From the NCBI GenBank assembly GCA_047616505.1, contig JBLHGI010000003.1, positions 1 to 54,511 of the forward strand: a stretch of DNA of 54,511 nt, in the 5' to 3' direction. The translations under genes were made by a program, and so were the position numbers. The notes beneath the pieces are model-generated. The model saw only the letters and a list, made by a program, of their open reading frames with translations. It had not been told where the DNA came from and made no database searches. Below are positions 27,382 to 37,566 of this stretch, in pieces; position 1 is the first letter of the stretch, and each line of letters opens with the position of its first letter. This DNA comes from Planctomycetota bacterium. GTDB taxonomy: Bacteria > Latescibacterota > UBA2968 > UBA8231.

Positions 27382-28796
27382 TATTCCATCTCCTTAGGAA
27401 CCGCACCGCGCTCGCGCACGCGCAACTGCGACAAACCCCATACCGCCACTGAACTACCCGCCGCCACAAAGCAGAGGATGCCGGCAAATACAAACGCCGT
27501 CACATACTGACCCGTGACGTCGAAGAGCACGCCACCGACGACCGGGCCCAGTACCCCAGCTACGCCATAGGCGGTGAAGATCCAACCATAGTTAGCACCC
27601 AAGTTTTTCGTACCGAAATAGTCCCCTGTAGCCGAGGGGAAAAGTGCGAAATTACCACCGAAGTTGAGGCCGACCCAGGCCGATGCAAAGAACACAGCCA
27701 CCGTCGATTCGACGCTAACCAGAATCATAAAGGCCATTCCCTGCGCCAAAAACATCATCATCATAGCCCGTGGCCGGTCGATTATATCGCTGATCTTACC
27801 CCAGAAGATGCGCCCCAATGCGTTAAAAATAGCCAGGATGCCCACCGGCTCTACAAAGCGACCAAAGCTGCCCATCCACTCGGGCGCAAAGGTGCGGCCC
27901 TGCAGTAAATTGCTCATCATCGGTTTCCATTGACCGATGGCCATCAGACCCGAAGTCGCGCCAAAGATAAAGGTCAGCCAGAGCATACAGGCCAGCGGCG
28001 TATCGAGCATCTGCCGCCACTCCATCTCTCGGTTCTTTGCCGCTGCCGCTGCTGCCCCTTGCCAACCGGGTGGACTCCAACCTTCGGGTGGGTTGCGCAA
28101 GAGCGTGGCGCCCAATAGCACGCCGACAGCACAGACGACGCCGTGCATCACAAAAAAAGATTTCCAGCCAATGCCAAAACCAGCGCCCGCCTTGACCCCT
28201 AGCGCCACTAAGAGCACGCCAGAGACACCCAATTGCTGACCGCCAGCGCCGGGTGGTAACAACAACGTCGACGCCGGACCGGCAAAAAAGAGCGCACCGG
28301 CACCAAAACCAGCCACGGCCAATCCCGTAATGAGCCCCTTCTTGTCGGGGTACCACTTGCTCGCCGCCGCAATCGGGCAGACATAGGCGAAACCAATGCC
28401 CGCCCCGCCCAACACACCATAGGTCAAGTAGAGCGCCCACGGACGACTGGCATCGACCAAGAGAGCACCCATTATAAAGGAAAGACCGAGCAAGAGACCG
28501 CCAATGCTGGCAACTTTGCGCGGCCCAATGCGGTCTTGTAAACGACCCGCCGGTATCATGGCCATGGCAAAGGACGCCAGAGCAAAGGAAAAGGCCCACT
28601 GCGTCGTGGTGCGACCCCAGCCAAACTCGGCTTCAAGCGGTCGCACAAACACGCTAAATGCATACACTGTGCCCAGTATTACCTGCACGATCAGTGCACC
28701 TGCAACCACCGTCCAACGCCGCATCGGAGCCTCTGCGGCCACCGCCTGCTCGCTGGTTTTACTACCCGCTACACCACCAACTCCCACTTCCATCAT
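27381..28796 (-). CDS. MFS transporter, oxalate/formate antiporter (OFA) family
   Basis: LGTVYAFSVF, GRLQDRIGPR, GIGFAYVCPI...KWYPDKKGLITGLAVAGFGAG, FG.KNLGANYG. Confidence 0.92.
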   Translation of the reverse strand: MMEVGVGGVAGSKTSEQAVAAEAPMRRWTVVAGALIVQVILGTVYAFSVFVRPLEAEFGWGRTTTQWAFSFALASFAMAMIPAGRLQDRIGPRKVASIGGLLLGLSFIMGALLVDASRPWALYLTYGVLGGAGIGFAYVCPIAAASKWYPDKKGLITGLAVAGFGAGALFFAGPASTLLLPPGAGGQQLGVSGVLLVALGVKAGAGFGIGWKSFFVMHGVVCAVGVLLGATLLRNPPEGWSPPGWQGAAAAAAKNREMEWRQMLDTPLACMLWLTFIFGATSGLMAIGQWKPMMSNLLQGRTFAPEWMGSFGRFVEPVGILAIFNALGRIFWGKISDIIDRPRAMMMMFLAQGMAFMILVSVESTVAVFFASAWVGLNFGGNFALFPSATGDYFGTKNLGANYGWIFTAYGVAGVLGPVVGGVLFDVTGQYVTAFVFAGILCFVAAGSSVAVWGLSQLRVRERGAVPKEME

Positions 28797-28831
28797 GTCC
28801 CTCCTGAAAAAATCCTATCCCCTTGACTACA

Positions 28832-28847
28832 TACAATTTCCATGCCA
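28832..28847 (-). promoter_or_regulatory. Sigma54-type promoter for the MFS-porin operon
   Basis: TGGCAT-GGAAA-TTGTA on the minus strand, 35 nt upstream of the start codon; two deviations from TGGCAC-N5-TTGCA. Confidence 0.5.
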
Positions 28848-29027
28848 GGGTTGCAGAGCGAGAACAGGGGGCGCACAGAGGGGGGAAAACGACGGAAGTC
28901 CTTGTGACAGAACGTTCTGGGATTTAACTGTCTCAATTATGAAGCAATAGAGACATCACAGCCTCTGCCGAATGATAAAAAATGGCTATGGCTACACCCG
29001 ACAGACTTTTAGGGCACGGCGGCGGCG

Positions 29028-29042
29028 TGGCACGCTCTTTGC
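29028..29042 (+). promoter_or_regulatory. Sigma54-type promoter for the permease gene
   Basis: TGGCAC-GCTCT-TTGC, exact -24/-12 spacing, about 45 nt upstream of the start. Confidence 0.7.
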
Positions 29043-29086
29043 CGAAACACAGCACGAACGCCCACACTATACAGCGATGAGACCCT

Positions 29087-30100
29087 GTGCTAACGACTTA
29101 TTATCGCGAGCGAATGCACCAGCTCTGGCAGCTCTATAATTACCTAGAGGAAAACCTGCGCGGCACCTATACAGAGCGCGTCTTGGCACAGTTTTTTGAA
29201 CTCTTTTTCCAACTCTGGTACTTCGTTTTAATCGGTGCAATTATCAGCACGCTAGTCTGGTGCTATTTGCCCAAGGCCTGGCTGCGCAGCGTGCTGGAGC
29301 GACGAGCAGCTAGTTCCATCGCTATTGCCAGCCTACTCGGTCTGGTTTCGCCGCTCTGTACCTTTGCCGCTATTCCCATCGTCGGCCGCCTCATCGCCCT
29401 GCGCATGCCCGCCGCACCGCTGATCGCCTTTATGGTGGCCTCGCCGCTAATGAATCCCGCGCTGTTCTTTTATACCACCGGCATCATCAATTTGGAAATG
29501 GCCGTGGCGCGCACGCTCACAGCACTCAGTATCGGCCTACTAAGCGGTGCAGCCGTGCGTTTTGCGCAGGAGCGCGGGCACCTGCGCTTTGACGCGCTGA
29601 CCCTAGAGCGCGTCCCCACCGAACTAAGCACCGCCATGTGGGCACCGGGGCAAACACCCAATTTCACCACTACACTGCGCCGCTTTAGAGAAGACCTGCT
29701 CTTTATCGGCCGCTTCTTTACGTTTGGCATCGCGATCGCCGCGTTGGTGCAGGCTCTTATCAGCGAAGATTTTGTGCGCTTCATGGTCGGTGGCGACTCG
29801 GCGTGGGCCGTGCCCACTGCACTGGCCTTGGGCATCCCCCTCTACGCCTGTGGCGGCGGCACCTTGCCCGTCGTCGAGACGATGATGCGCATGGGCATGA
29901 CCACCGGCGCCGCCCTGGCCTTTTTTATCTCTGGACCAGCCACCAAGTTTTCTACCCTGAGCATGCTCACGGCCGTCTTTGGCAAACGCCTACTCGGTCT
30001 CTATCTAATCGTCATGCTAGGTTCGGCGTTGCTCTGGGGCTATACCTATCCCTTTACAAGCCGTTATCTCGAAACAAAAATCGAATGGTCCGCGCGTTGA
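29087..30100 (+). CDS. DUF318/ArsP-family permease
   Basis: SPLCTFAAIP, AFMVASPLMNP, GIPLYACGGGTLP, GAALAFFISGPAT. Confidence 0.85.
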   Translation: MLTTYYRERMHQLWQLYNYLEENLRGTYTERVLAQFFELFFQLWYFVLIGAIISTLVWCYLPKAWLRSVLERRAASSIAIASLLGLVSPLCTFAAIPIVGRLIALRMPAAPLIAFMVASPLMNPALFFYTTGIINLEMAVARTLTALSIGLLSGAAVRFAQERGHLRFDALTLERVPTELSTAMWAPGQTPNFTTTLRRFREDLLFIGRFFTFGIAIAALVQALISEDFVRFMVGGDSAWAVPTALALGIPLYACGGGTLPVVETMMRMGMTTGAALAFFISGPATKFSTLSMLTAVFGKRLLGLYLIVMLGSALLWGYTYPFTSRYLETKIEWSAR

Positions 30101-30250
30101 AAAAAAGGCGCTGCTCTGGACGAAAACGCAATGCTCTTTAGGTTTATAGCCGCCATTGAAAAAAACAACGCGCTGACCACATTCTGCACGTGGGTTTCAG
30201 TCGTTGATCCGCCCAAATACTTGCCCACACTATAGAAAAGAGATAGATCC

Positions 30251-31501
30251 TTGCTGCCTCTTCTATTTTTATTGCTGACCACCTCGGTTCTCCTTGCCGA
30301 AGACTACCCCCCTGGCACGTTGCAACTCACCCCCCAACTAGACTTAGCGCTGCGCCCCGTAGCAGTCGAGGGGTTGCCCGGTCGCACGCTCAACCTACCG
30401 CCCGGTTTTAAGGTCAAGCTGTTCTCTAAGGAGGTGGATCACGGTCGCTTTATGGCCTTTGACGACAGCGGCGTACTGCACGTAGCCAATATGAATACCC
30501 GCGACTACGGCTATTGGACCTACAGCGACAAGCGCAACGGCAGCGTGCGCGCCTTTCCCGATAAAGACGGCGACGGCCACGCCGATCGCTCCTATGTCGC
30601 CGCCGATCGTTTTCTACAACCGCACAGCGTCGCCTTCTACAAGGGCCAGCTCTACGTCGCCGACCACGATATGATCTATCGCCTCTCCGATAAGGACGGC
30701 GACGGCTACTACGAAGAGCGCAGCGAATTTATCAAAGTGCCCGGCATCATGGGCCGCTCCTCCGAGCACGTGACGCATTCAATCGTATTCGACAAAGAAA
30801 ACGACAAACTCTACCTGCACATCGGCTCCAGTTGCGACGTCTGTCGCGAGGACGACTCCGAGCGCGCCACCATCCTAGAATTCAACGCCGACGGCACGGG
30901 ACGCCGCATTTACGCTTCGGGTCTGCGCAACGCCCTGGGCCTCGACCTACACCCCATCACCGGTGAACTCTGGGCCAGCGGCAACGGCCACGACCGCGAG
31001 GGCATAAAATTACCCCCGGAGTGGATCAACATCGTCCGCGACGGATCGTTCCACGGCTGGCCTTTCGCCTATGCCTACCGCGTCTGGGTCGATTTCACCG
31101 ATGAAGAGTACAAACGCATAGTAGGGCCTCGCACCGCTGCAGATAGCGCTTTAGTCGAACGCGTCGAACGTCCCGTCGCTTTAGTCGGTGCCCATCTCGC
31201 GCCGATGGGTCTGCATTTTTACACGCACGATCAATTCCCATCCCAGTACAAAAATGCCGCCTTTGTCGCCTTCCACAACGGCGTCGGCCACCCGGACCAG
31301 CTCGGTTATAAAGTCTCCGTACTCTTTAGCAAACCAGACGGTAGCGACGCTCGCATCGCCGATTTCCTCACGGGTTTTCACACGGAGAACAAGGGCTATT
31401 GGGCTCTACCTGTGGGCGTGATCAGCGATGGACACTTGTACATCAGCAGCGACCGCATTACGCCGGCTATTTTTCGCGTTGAGTACGATCCTGACAAATA
31501 G
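30251..31501 (+). CDS. Glucose/L-sorbosone dehydrogenase family (PQQ-type beta-propeller), exported
   Basis: LNLPPGFKV.LF, GSSCDVCRE, YASGLRN..G, AHLAPMGL.FY...QFP..YKN.AFVAFH. Confidence 0.88.
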   Translation: MLPLLFLLLTTSVLLAEDYPPGTLQLTPQLDLALRPVAVEGLPGRTLNLPPGFKVKLFSKEVDHGRFMAFDDSGVLHVANMNTRDYGYWTYSDKRNGSVRAFPDKDGDGHADRSYVAADRFLQPHSVAFYKGQLYVADHDMIYRLSDKDGDGYYEERSEFIKVPGIMGRSSEHVTHSIVFDKENDKLYLHIGSSCDVCREDDSERATILEFNADGTGRRIYASGLRNALGLDLHPITGELWASGNGHDREGIKLPPEWINIVRDGSFHGWPFAYAYRVWVDFTDEEYKRIVGPRTAADSALVERVERPVALVGAHLAPMGLHFYTHDQFPSQYKNAAFVAFHNGVGHPDQLGYKVSVLFSKPDGSDARIADFLTGFHTENKGYWALPVGVISDGHLYISSDRITPAIFRVEYDPDK

Positions 31502-31505
31502 GGGT

Positions 31506-31688
31506 GGGGCTGAATACTGCCTTCGGGATAAAGGTGAGCTGGCCTAAAGAAGCTTAGGAGGGTCGAGGCGGGTCCGTACCCGCGGGGCATAAATGCCCTT
31601 CGGCACCTATATCCGACCTGGGGAAATTCGGTAGACTAAAGCGGTTGGGCCTACGCAGACCTTTATCCCTGCGGCAGCATCCAGCCCC
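31506..31688. ncRNA. 183-nt long imperfect hairpin: structured RNA candidate (6S-like geometry) or MITE
   Basis: 30-nt terminal arms ggggctgaatactgccttcgggataaaggt / acctttatccctgcggcagcatccagcccc, further ggcctaa/ttgggcc, central unpaired bubble, inner ggtcg/cgacc stem and two apical hairpins. Confidence 0.4.
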
Positions 31689-31887
31689 TTTATAAAGTTG
31701 GGAGGTGAAATCCGATCTCCCGACACCCCCCATAAAAGCAGAAACTCAAACACCCCCTCACTCGTTCTACGCCTACGAGAAGTTCACTGGGCATTTTTAT
31801 TTCTACCCTCATAACCCCCAAGAACGTCTCTACAACACACTTATATCTCTCCCTCTAGGGCTAACCTCTTTTCCCTAAATTCGGCGA

Positions 31888-32017
31888 GGTGGGATGGGGG
31901 ATGGCCCGTGAGCGGATTTAGATGGCCTTTTTCGCAGGACAGCGAAAAAGGCCATATACCGCGCAGCCCGACGGGATGTTGGGCGAGCACGAGCGAAGGG
32001 CCATCCCCCATCCCACC
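31888..32017. repeat. 130-bp multi-hairpin palindromic element (MITE/REP-like or cis-regulatory RNA)
   Basis: Perfect 20-bp terminal inverted repeat ggtgggatgggggatggccc; perfect 14-bp inner hairpin 31922-31955; third hairpin gcccgac/gttgggc. Confidence 0.7.
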
Positions 32018-32045
32018 GTCCACATCAGAACAGAAACGAAAAAAC

Positions 32046-34376
32046 ATGAAAAAACTGTTAGCACTTCTCACCCTCGCATTCACTCTCCCACTCTCTGCTT
32101 CCGCCCAGGAAGACTACCCACCCGGCGAAATTCACCTCGCCCCCAAGATAGACCTCCACCTCGAACCCGTGCCCATCGAAGGCCTACCCGGCCGCACCCT
32201 CAATTTGCCGCCCGGTTTTAAAGTCAAGCTATTCTCCGACCAAGTGAACAAGGCTCGTTTTATGGCCTTTGACGACAATGGTGTGCTACACTTGGCCAAC
32301 ATGCACACGAGCGGCACCAACCAGTGGTCACCCGACCCCAACCGCACCAGCGATATACTGGCCTTTCCAGACGAAGACGGCGACGGCCGCGCCGATCGCG
32401 TCTATGTAGCGGCCAACGACTTTCTCTGGCCACACAGCGTCGCCTTCTACAAGGGCCAGCTCTACGTCGCCGACCACGATATCATCTATCGCCTCTCCGA
32501 CAACGACGGCGACGGCTTTTACGAAGAGCGCGAGGAATTTCTCGAGGTCCCCGGCATTATGGGTCGCTCCTCCGAACACATCACGCACACCTTGGTCTTC
32601 GACGAGGAAAACGAGAAGCTCTATTTGCACGCCGGTTCCGGCTGCGATCTTTGTCGCGAGGACGACCCCGAGCGCGCCACTATTCTACAGTTCAACGCCG
32701 ACGGCACAGGACGCCGCATCTACGCTTCGGGGCTGCGCAATGCCATTGGCATGGATCTGCATCCCGTCACCGGCGAACTCTGGGCCGCCGGCAACGGCCA
32801 CGACCGCGAGGGAGCGGCTCTGCCGCCGGAGTGGATCAATGTCGTGCCCGATGGCTCTTTTCACGGCTGGCCGCTGGCCTTTGGTTTTCAGAAATGGGTG
32901 GACTTCTCCATCTCGCAGTACCAAAGTGAAATATTCCCACTCACCACTCAAGACAGCGCGCGCGTAGCCAGCATTCGCCGCCCCGTCGCCCTCGTACCAG
33001 CGCATTTGGCTCCCATGGGTTTGCACTTTTACACGCATGATCAATTTCCCGCCCGCTACAAAAATGCCGCCTTCACCGCCTATCGCGCCGGCGTACTCGG
33101 CAACGACGAAGGCTATAAGGTCATGGCGCTTTTTAGCGAACCCGATGGCCGCAACGCCCGCGTCGCCGATTTCCTTACGGGGTTTCGCCCCGACCCACAG
33201 GACAACTCTTTTTGGGGCACGCCCGTGGGACTCATCACCGATGATAAGGGCTTTCTCTACCTGACGAGCGACCGCTTTACCCAAGCCATCTTTCGCATCG
33301 AGGCCAGCCCGCTACAGGGCCTGTGGGAGAATCCCCCGGCCGACACTCTGCTCGCCGAGACGCCGTTGCGCATCAATTCAACGCTGCGTATCATACGCCA
33401 ATTCGACGCGGCCCAGCCGCTGCGCGCAGTGGCCGACTTGAGCGAGTTGGGCGGCCCAGCCGACCTGCCGCTAGAACGCATTGACGACGTCACCTATCGC
33501 CTGCAAACAGAGCTAGCCATTGGCCCCGATAACGGTCGCAAAAAGATTGGCATTTTACTGGAACAAGCGGGCGAGACCACCAGGCTCGTGCGCACACTCA
33601 CCGTGCTGCCAAGACGAGACCACGTTCTCTACGACGATGCGCTGCGATGGAAGCAGAGCGCACTCTTCAGCGCCGAACTCGATCCCACACACGCCGATAC
33701 CATCTTTGCGGGCAGTGCAGCCCTGCGCGTGGTCGCCACGGGCTTTACCATCGAATGGGCCCCGACGACACCCATCGATCCAGCGGGTTATACCGCGCTG
33801 CGTTTCGCCCTACACCCCGGCGATGCCGTTGGCGGTTTCCGCCCTTCGTTCTCGGTAACAGCCAACGGCAATACCAGCCAAGTGCTCAATGTGGTCGACC
33901 AGATTGACCTAGAGAACAAGAGCTGGCAAATGATCGAAGTGCCGTTGGATCAGTTGCTAATTAATGGCCGCATCGAGTCGCTGCGTCTAGTCGGCTCTTT
34001 GCGCGGCACCTTCTATATAGACGAAGTCCGCATGCTAGCCGCCCAAGCACCGAACGGCCCCACGGCCGTCGAAGAAACAGATAATAATAGCGCGCCCACA
34101 TCCTTTGTCTTAGAACCCAATTACCCCAATCCGTTTAACGCCAGCACTACGCTGCGCTACCGCCTCGACACAGCGGGGCCTTTGCGCCTAGATATCTACA
34201 GCCTCAACGGCCAGAAAGTGAGAACGCTGGTGGAAGAGTCACAGCAGGCGGGTTTCTACAGCGTGGAGTGGAACGGCAAAGACGCCAGCGGCCGCAGCGT
34301 AGCCAGCGGCGTTTATCTAGCGCGTTTAGCAGGCAAGGGCACCGCACAGGTGCACAAGATGCTCTTACTGAAGTAA
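32046..34376 (+). CDS. Glucose/L-sorbosone dehydrogenase family protein with extra Ig and CBM-like domains and FlgD-Ig/T9SS-like CTD
   Basis: Signal peptide MKKLLALL at ATG 32046; paralogue of 30251-31501; PTAVEE linker; NYPNPFN...KMLLLK. Confidence 0.88.
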   Translation: MKKLLALLTLAFTLPLSASAQEDYPPGEIHLAPKIDLHLEPVPIEGLPGRTLNLPPGFKVKLFSDQVNKARFMAFDDNGVLHLANMHTSGTNQWSPDPNRTSDILAFPDEDGDGRADRVYVAANDFLWPHSVAFYKGQLYVADHDIIYRLSDNDGDGFYEEREEFLEVPGIMGRSSEHITHTLVFDEENEKLYLHAGSGCDLCREDDPERATILQFNADGTGRRIYASGLRNAIGMDLHPVTGELWAAGNGHDREGAALPPEWINVVPDGSFHGWPLAFGFQKWVDFSISQYQSEIFPLTTQDSARVASIRRPVALVPAHLAPMGLHFYTHDQFPARYKNAAFTAYRAGVLGNDEGYKVMALFSEPDGRNARVADFLTGFRPDPQDNSFWGTPVGLITDDKGFLYLTSDRFTQAIFRIEASPLQGLWENPPADTLLAETPLRINSTLRIIRQFDAAQPLRAVADLSELGGPADLPLERIDDVTYRLQTELAIGPDNGRKKIGILLEQAGETTRLVRTLTVLPRRDHVLYDDALRWKQSALFSAELDPTHADTIFAGSAALRVVATGFTIEWAPTTPIDPAGYTALRFALHPGDAVGGFRPSFSVTANGNTSQVLNVVDQIDLENKSWQMIEVPLDQLLINGRIESLRLVGSLRGTFYIDEVRMLAAQAPNGPTAVEETDNNSAPTSFVLEPNYPNPFNASTTLRYRLDTAGPLRLDIYSLNGQKVRTLVEESQQAGFYSVEWNGKDASGRSVASGVYLARLAGKGTAQVHKMLLLK

Positions 34377-34418
34377 TAGCAGTATCGACGAACTGCTGCA
34401 TGGCCTATATTAGCGGCC

Positions 34419-34871
34419 ATGCAGCAGCTCAATTTCCCCCGCACCTATGCCTTCGACACGCGCCAGACCAACGATAAGCGCGAGATCCTCGACCCACTGC
34501 GCCGCCAGTTTGTCGCCCTGACGCCCGAGGAGTGGGTCCGACAAAATCTGGTGCAGTTCCTCGTGCAGGATATGGGGTATCCGCGCGGCCTCATCGCCAT
34601 CGAGAAATATCTCGAGCTACACGGCACATCCTATCGCGCCGACATCGTCGTACACGACCGCCAAGGTACGGCCCTACTCTTGGCCGAGTGCAAGGAGCCC
34701 AGTGTAAAAATATCTCAGGACACTTTCGACCAGATCGCGCGCTACAACCGCGTATTGCACGCGCGCTACCTGCTCGTTAGCAATGGCCTGGAACACTATT
34801 GCTACGCCATCGACCGCGAAAAAAAGCAGTACCGCTTTTTAGAACAGCTACCGCGCTACGAACAGCTTTAA
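34419..34871 (+). CDS. Stand-alone type I restriction HsdR N-terminal-domain protein
   Basis: DPLRRQFVALTPEEWVRQ, RADIVV, LAECK, FDQIARYN, SNGLEH. Confidence 0.88.
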   Translation: MQQLNFPRTYAFDTRQTNDKREILDPLRRQFVALTPEEWVRQNLVQFLVQDMGYPRGLIAIEKYLELHGTSYRADIVVHDRQGTALLLAECKEPSVKISQDTFDQIARYNRVLHARYLLVSNGLEHYCYAIDREKKQYRFLEQLPRYEQL

Positions 34872-34906
34872 ATGTTCCCGACCTACCAACACACTAAAAG
34901 TCTGGG

Positions 34907-35443
34907 CTACCCCGTGGGGTTGCTCTCTTGCTCAACGCCGAGCGCCACATCTACTTTTCCCAGCACTTCGTCGACAAGCGCTAGCTTTTCTCTAGCCTGC
35001 GACAACAGCATTTCAGCCGCCTCGTAGATCGGCTCCGCCAGCTCAAAGGACTGCTCTTGCTCCACCTGCCAGCCCGCGGCAATTTTTTCGCAAGCCTCTC
35101 GGCGCAATTCTATAGCCGCGCGCATGTCGGCATGCGTCCCACTCAGCTTGCGCGGCGGCGCAATAGCATCTAATTGGACCAATACGGCCACCAAACGCGC
35201 TTCCAATAACAGACAGGCCGCTGCCAAATTCTCCCCTGTCGCCTTCCCTGTAGACCCCACCGCCATTTCGCGCAGCGCCCCTTCGACCGCATTAACTTCG
35301 TCGATGGCCGAATTGATCTCGCTGCGATACACACTCACCACTTCCTCATCCCCATACGGCGTATCCGCTTTGTCGTCGCCGCAGCCAGCCAAGACCAACA
35401 GTCCCACAAAAACAACGCCCTTTAAAACCCGCATTCCTATCAT
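34907..35443 (-). CDS. Hypothetical helical lipoprotein
   Basis: Lipobox LAGC, AGGAG RBS, amphipathic helical composition. Confidence 0.7.
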   Translation of the reverse strand: MIGMRVLKGVVFVGLLVLAGCGDDKADTPYGDEEVVSVYRSEINSAIDEVNAVEGALREMAVGSTGKATGENLAAACLLLEARLVAVLVQLDAIAPPRKLSGTHADMRAAIELRREACEKIAAGWQVEQEQSFELAEPIYEAAEMLLSQAREKLALVDEVLGKVDVALGVEQESNPTG

Positions 35444-35591
35444 ATTTCTCCTAATTTAAAAAAGACACAGACCTTCTAACCGTCGCCGAACTCTTCAACG
35501 ACACGAGTCCACTTATTTTAGTTATCGGCAAAAAGGTGATCCCATTTTATACTATGTCAGTATTTTTATTTTATACGCTGCGGGGGAAAAG

Positions 35592-36545
35592 ATGAAGCCG
35601 AGTGGAAAAATAATGACGGTTAACGGACCCGTCGATTCTTCTGATTTGGGTTTTGTACTGACACACGAACACGTGCTGGTAGATTTTATTGGAGCCGAAC
35701 AAGCCGGCAAACATCGCTACGACGAAGACGAAGCATTTGCGGTGATTCTGCCGCACTTAGAGCGAGCCAAGGAACTGGGCTGTGCAACCTTCGTGGAATG
35801 CACGCCTTCCTATCTCGGCAAGGATCCGCTTCTGCTAAAAAGGCTGTCGGCGGCGACGGGAATACACCTTCTGACCAATACGGGCTATTACGGCGCCGCG
35901 GCCGATCACTACGTACCCGCCCATGCCTATAGCGAAACGGCGGACCAACTCGCAAGGCGCTGGATTGAGGAGTGGGAAGGGGGCATCGACGGCACCGGCG
36001 TGCGACCGGGTTTTATCAAAATCGGCGTCGACCCGCAGCCACTGTCCGAGATCGACGAAAAACTGGTGCGAGCAGCGGCCCGCACACATCATCAAACGGG
36101 TTTGACAATTATGTCGCATACGAGCTTGGCCACGCCGGCGCGCGAAGAAATCGCCGTATTAAAGGAAGAAGGGGTCAGTCCAGCGGCATGGATCTGGACG
36201 CATGCACAGAACGAAACGGACAACGACCAGCACAGAAGAGCCGCCGAGCAGGGGGCTTGGATTGCCTTTGATGGTGCGAATGCCGACCCAGAGCAACTAG
36301 CGCGCGACCTAAAACACCTGCTGGCAATGAAAGAGTACGGGCTACTCAATCACGTGCTGCTCTCGCACGACGCGGGATGGTATCGCCCGGGCGAAGCAAT
36401 GGGCGGGGTCTTTCGGCCCTTTGTAGACCTATTTGAAGTGCTCTTACCCGCGATGCGAGAGCATGGCTTTACCGCTGAGGAACTCGATTTATTGACGGTG
36501 GAAAACCCCCGGCGCGCCTTCTCAATCGAAGTGCGCGCGCCGTAG
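35592..36545 (+). CDS. Phosphotriesterase-family amidohydrolase
   Basis: IMTVNGPV, LTHEHV, GFIKIG, IMSHT, WTHA, LLSHDAG, VENPRR. Confidence 0.92.
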   Translation: MKPSGKIMTVNGPVDSSDLGFVLTHEHVLVDFIGAEQAGKHRYDEDEAFAVILPHLERAKELGCATFVECTPSYLGKDPLLLKRLSAATGIHLLTNTGYYGAAADHYVPAHAYSETADQLARRWIEEWEGGIDGTGVRPGFIKIGVDPQPLSEIDEKLVRAAARTHHQTGLTIMSHTSLATPAREEIAVLKEEGVSPAAWIWTHAQNETDNDQHRRAAEQGAWIAFDGANADPEQLARDLKHLLAMKEYGLLNHVLLSHDAGWYRPGEAMGGVFRPFVDLFEVLLPAMREHGFTAEELDLLTVENPRRAFSIEVRAP

Positions 36546-36571
36546 CGGTCTATCTCATTACAGTAAGTACC

Positions 36572-37525
36572 TTAGTGCAAGCGCCCCCTAAAGTCCTCCA
36601 ACGTAGCCTGCAAGCCATCGATCCGATCCACCTTCGGCCCCCAGCCGAGAATCTCGCGCGCCCGTGTCGTATCTGGCTGGCGAATCTTTGGATCATCTTC
36701 AAAACCCGCGGGCAACGGCTGATAGGTGATCTGGCTCTTATTACCCGTTAAGCTCAAGATCTCTTCGGCCAATTGCTTGATGGAAATTTCCATTGGGTTG
36801 CCAATATTGATCGGCATCGCCTCGTCGCCCATCAAGAGCAACAGCAACCCGTCGACCAAGTCGCTGACAAACTGGAAGCTGCGCGTCTGGCTGCCGTCGC
36901 CATAAATGGTAATATCTTCGCCGAGAATGCCCTGGCGCATGAAATTGGGCAGGCCACGACCATCGTCTAGACGCATACGCGGCCCGTAGGTATTGAAAAT
37001 GCGCACGATACGCGTTTCGACGCCGTGCGTGCGGTGATAGGCCATTACCATCGCCTCGGCAAAGCGCTTGGCTTCGTCGTAAACGCCGCGATAACCGATG
37101 GGATTGACATTGCCCCAATACGACTCTTTTTGCGGGTGCTCCAACGGATCGCCATATACTTCCGACGTAGAGGCCAACAGCAATCTCGCTCCCTTTACCT
37201 TGGCCAAACCCAACGCATTATGCGTGCCCAGCGAACTCACTTTTAAGGTCTGAATGGGCATCTTCAAATAGTCGGCCGGAGAAGCGGGGGAAGCGAAGTG
37301 CATGATATAGTCCAAGCGCCCCGGAAAATCTATATAGCACGTGACATCGTGTTCGATCAGCTCAAAGTCGGGATCGTCTAATAGATGGGCAATATTCTCG
37401 CGCGAACCCGTGAGAAAATTGTCCATAACCACCACCTTATGCCCTTCGGACAGAAAGCGATCGCTCAGATGGGACCCCAAAAAACCGGCGCCGCCGGTAA
37501 TGAGTGTAACTGGTTTATCGGACAC
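36572..37525 (-). CDS. uxs: UDP-glucuronate decarboxylase (UDP-xylose synthase) family
   Basis: [70 protein letters not shown]. Confidence 0.92.
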   Translation of the reverse strand: MSDKPVTLITGGAGFLGSHLSDRFLSEGHKVVVMDNFLTGSRENIAHLLDDPDFELIEHDVTCYIDFPGRLDYIMHFASPASPADYLKMPIQTLKVSSLGTHNALGLAKVKGARLLLASTSEVYGDPLEHPQKESYWGNVNPIGYRGVYDEAKRFAEAMVMAYHRTHGVETRIVRIFNTYGPRMRLDDGRGLPNFMRQGILGEDITIYGDGSQTRSFQFVSDLVDGLLLLLMGDEAMPINIGNPMEISIKQLAEEILSLTGNKSQITYQPLPAGFEDDPKIRQPDTTRAREILGWGPKVDRIDGLQATLEDFRGRLH

Positions 37526-37566
37526 GTTGAACCCTTTCGTTATTCTTAATCATTAGTGCAACCCTC

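Noticed and set aside
31908-32045. N-terminal extension of the 822-aa ORF
   Set aside because: Runs through the palindromic element; the signal peptide begins at ATG 32046
34419-34871. Type I restriction-modification system
   Set aside because: Only the small HsdR N-terminal domain is present, with no helicase, hsdM or hsdS nearby
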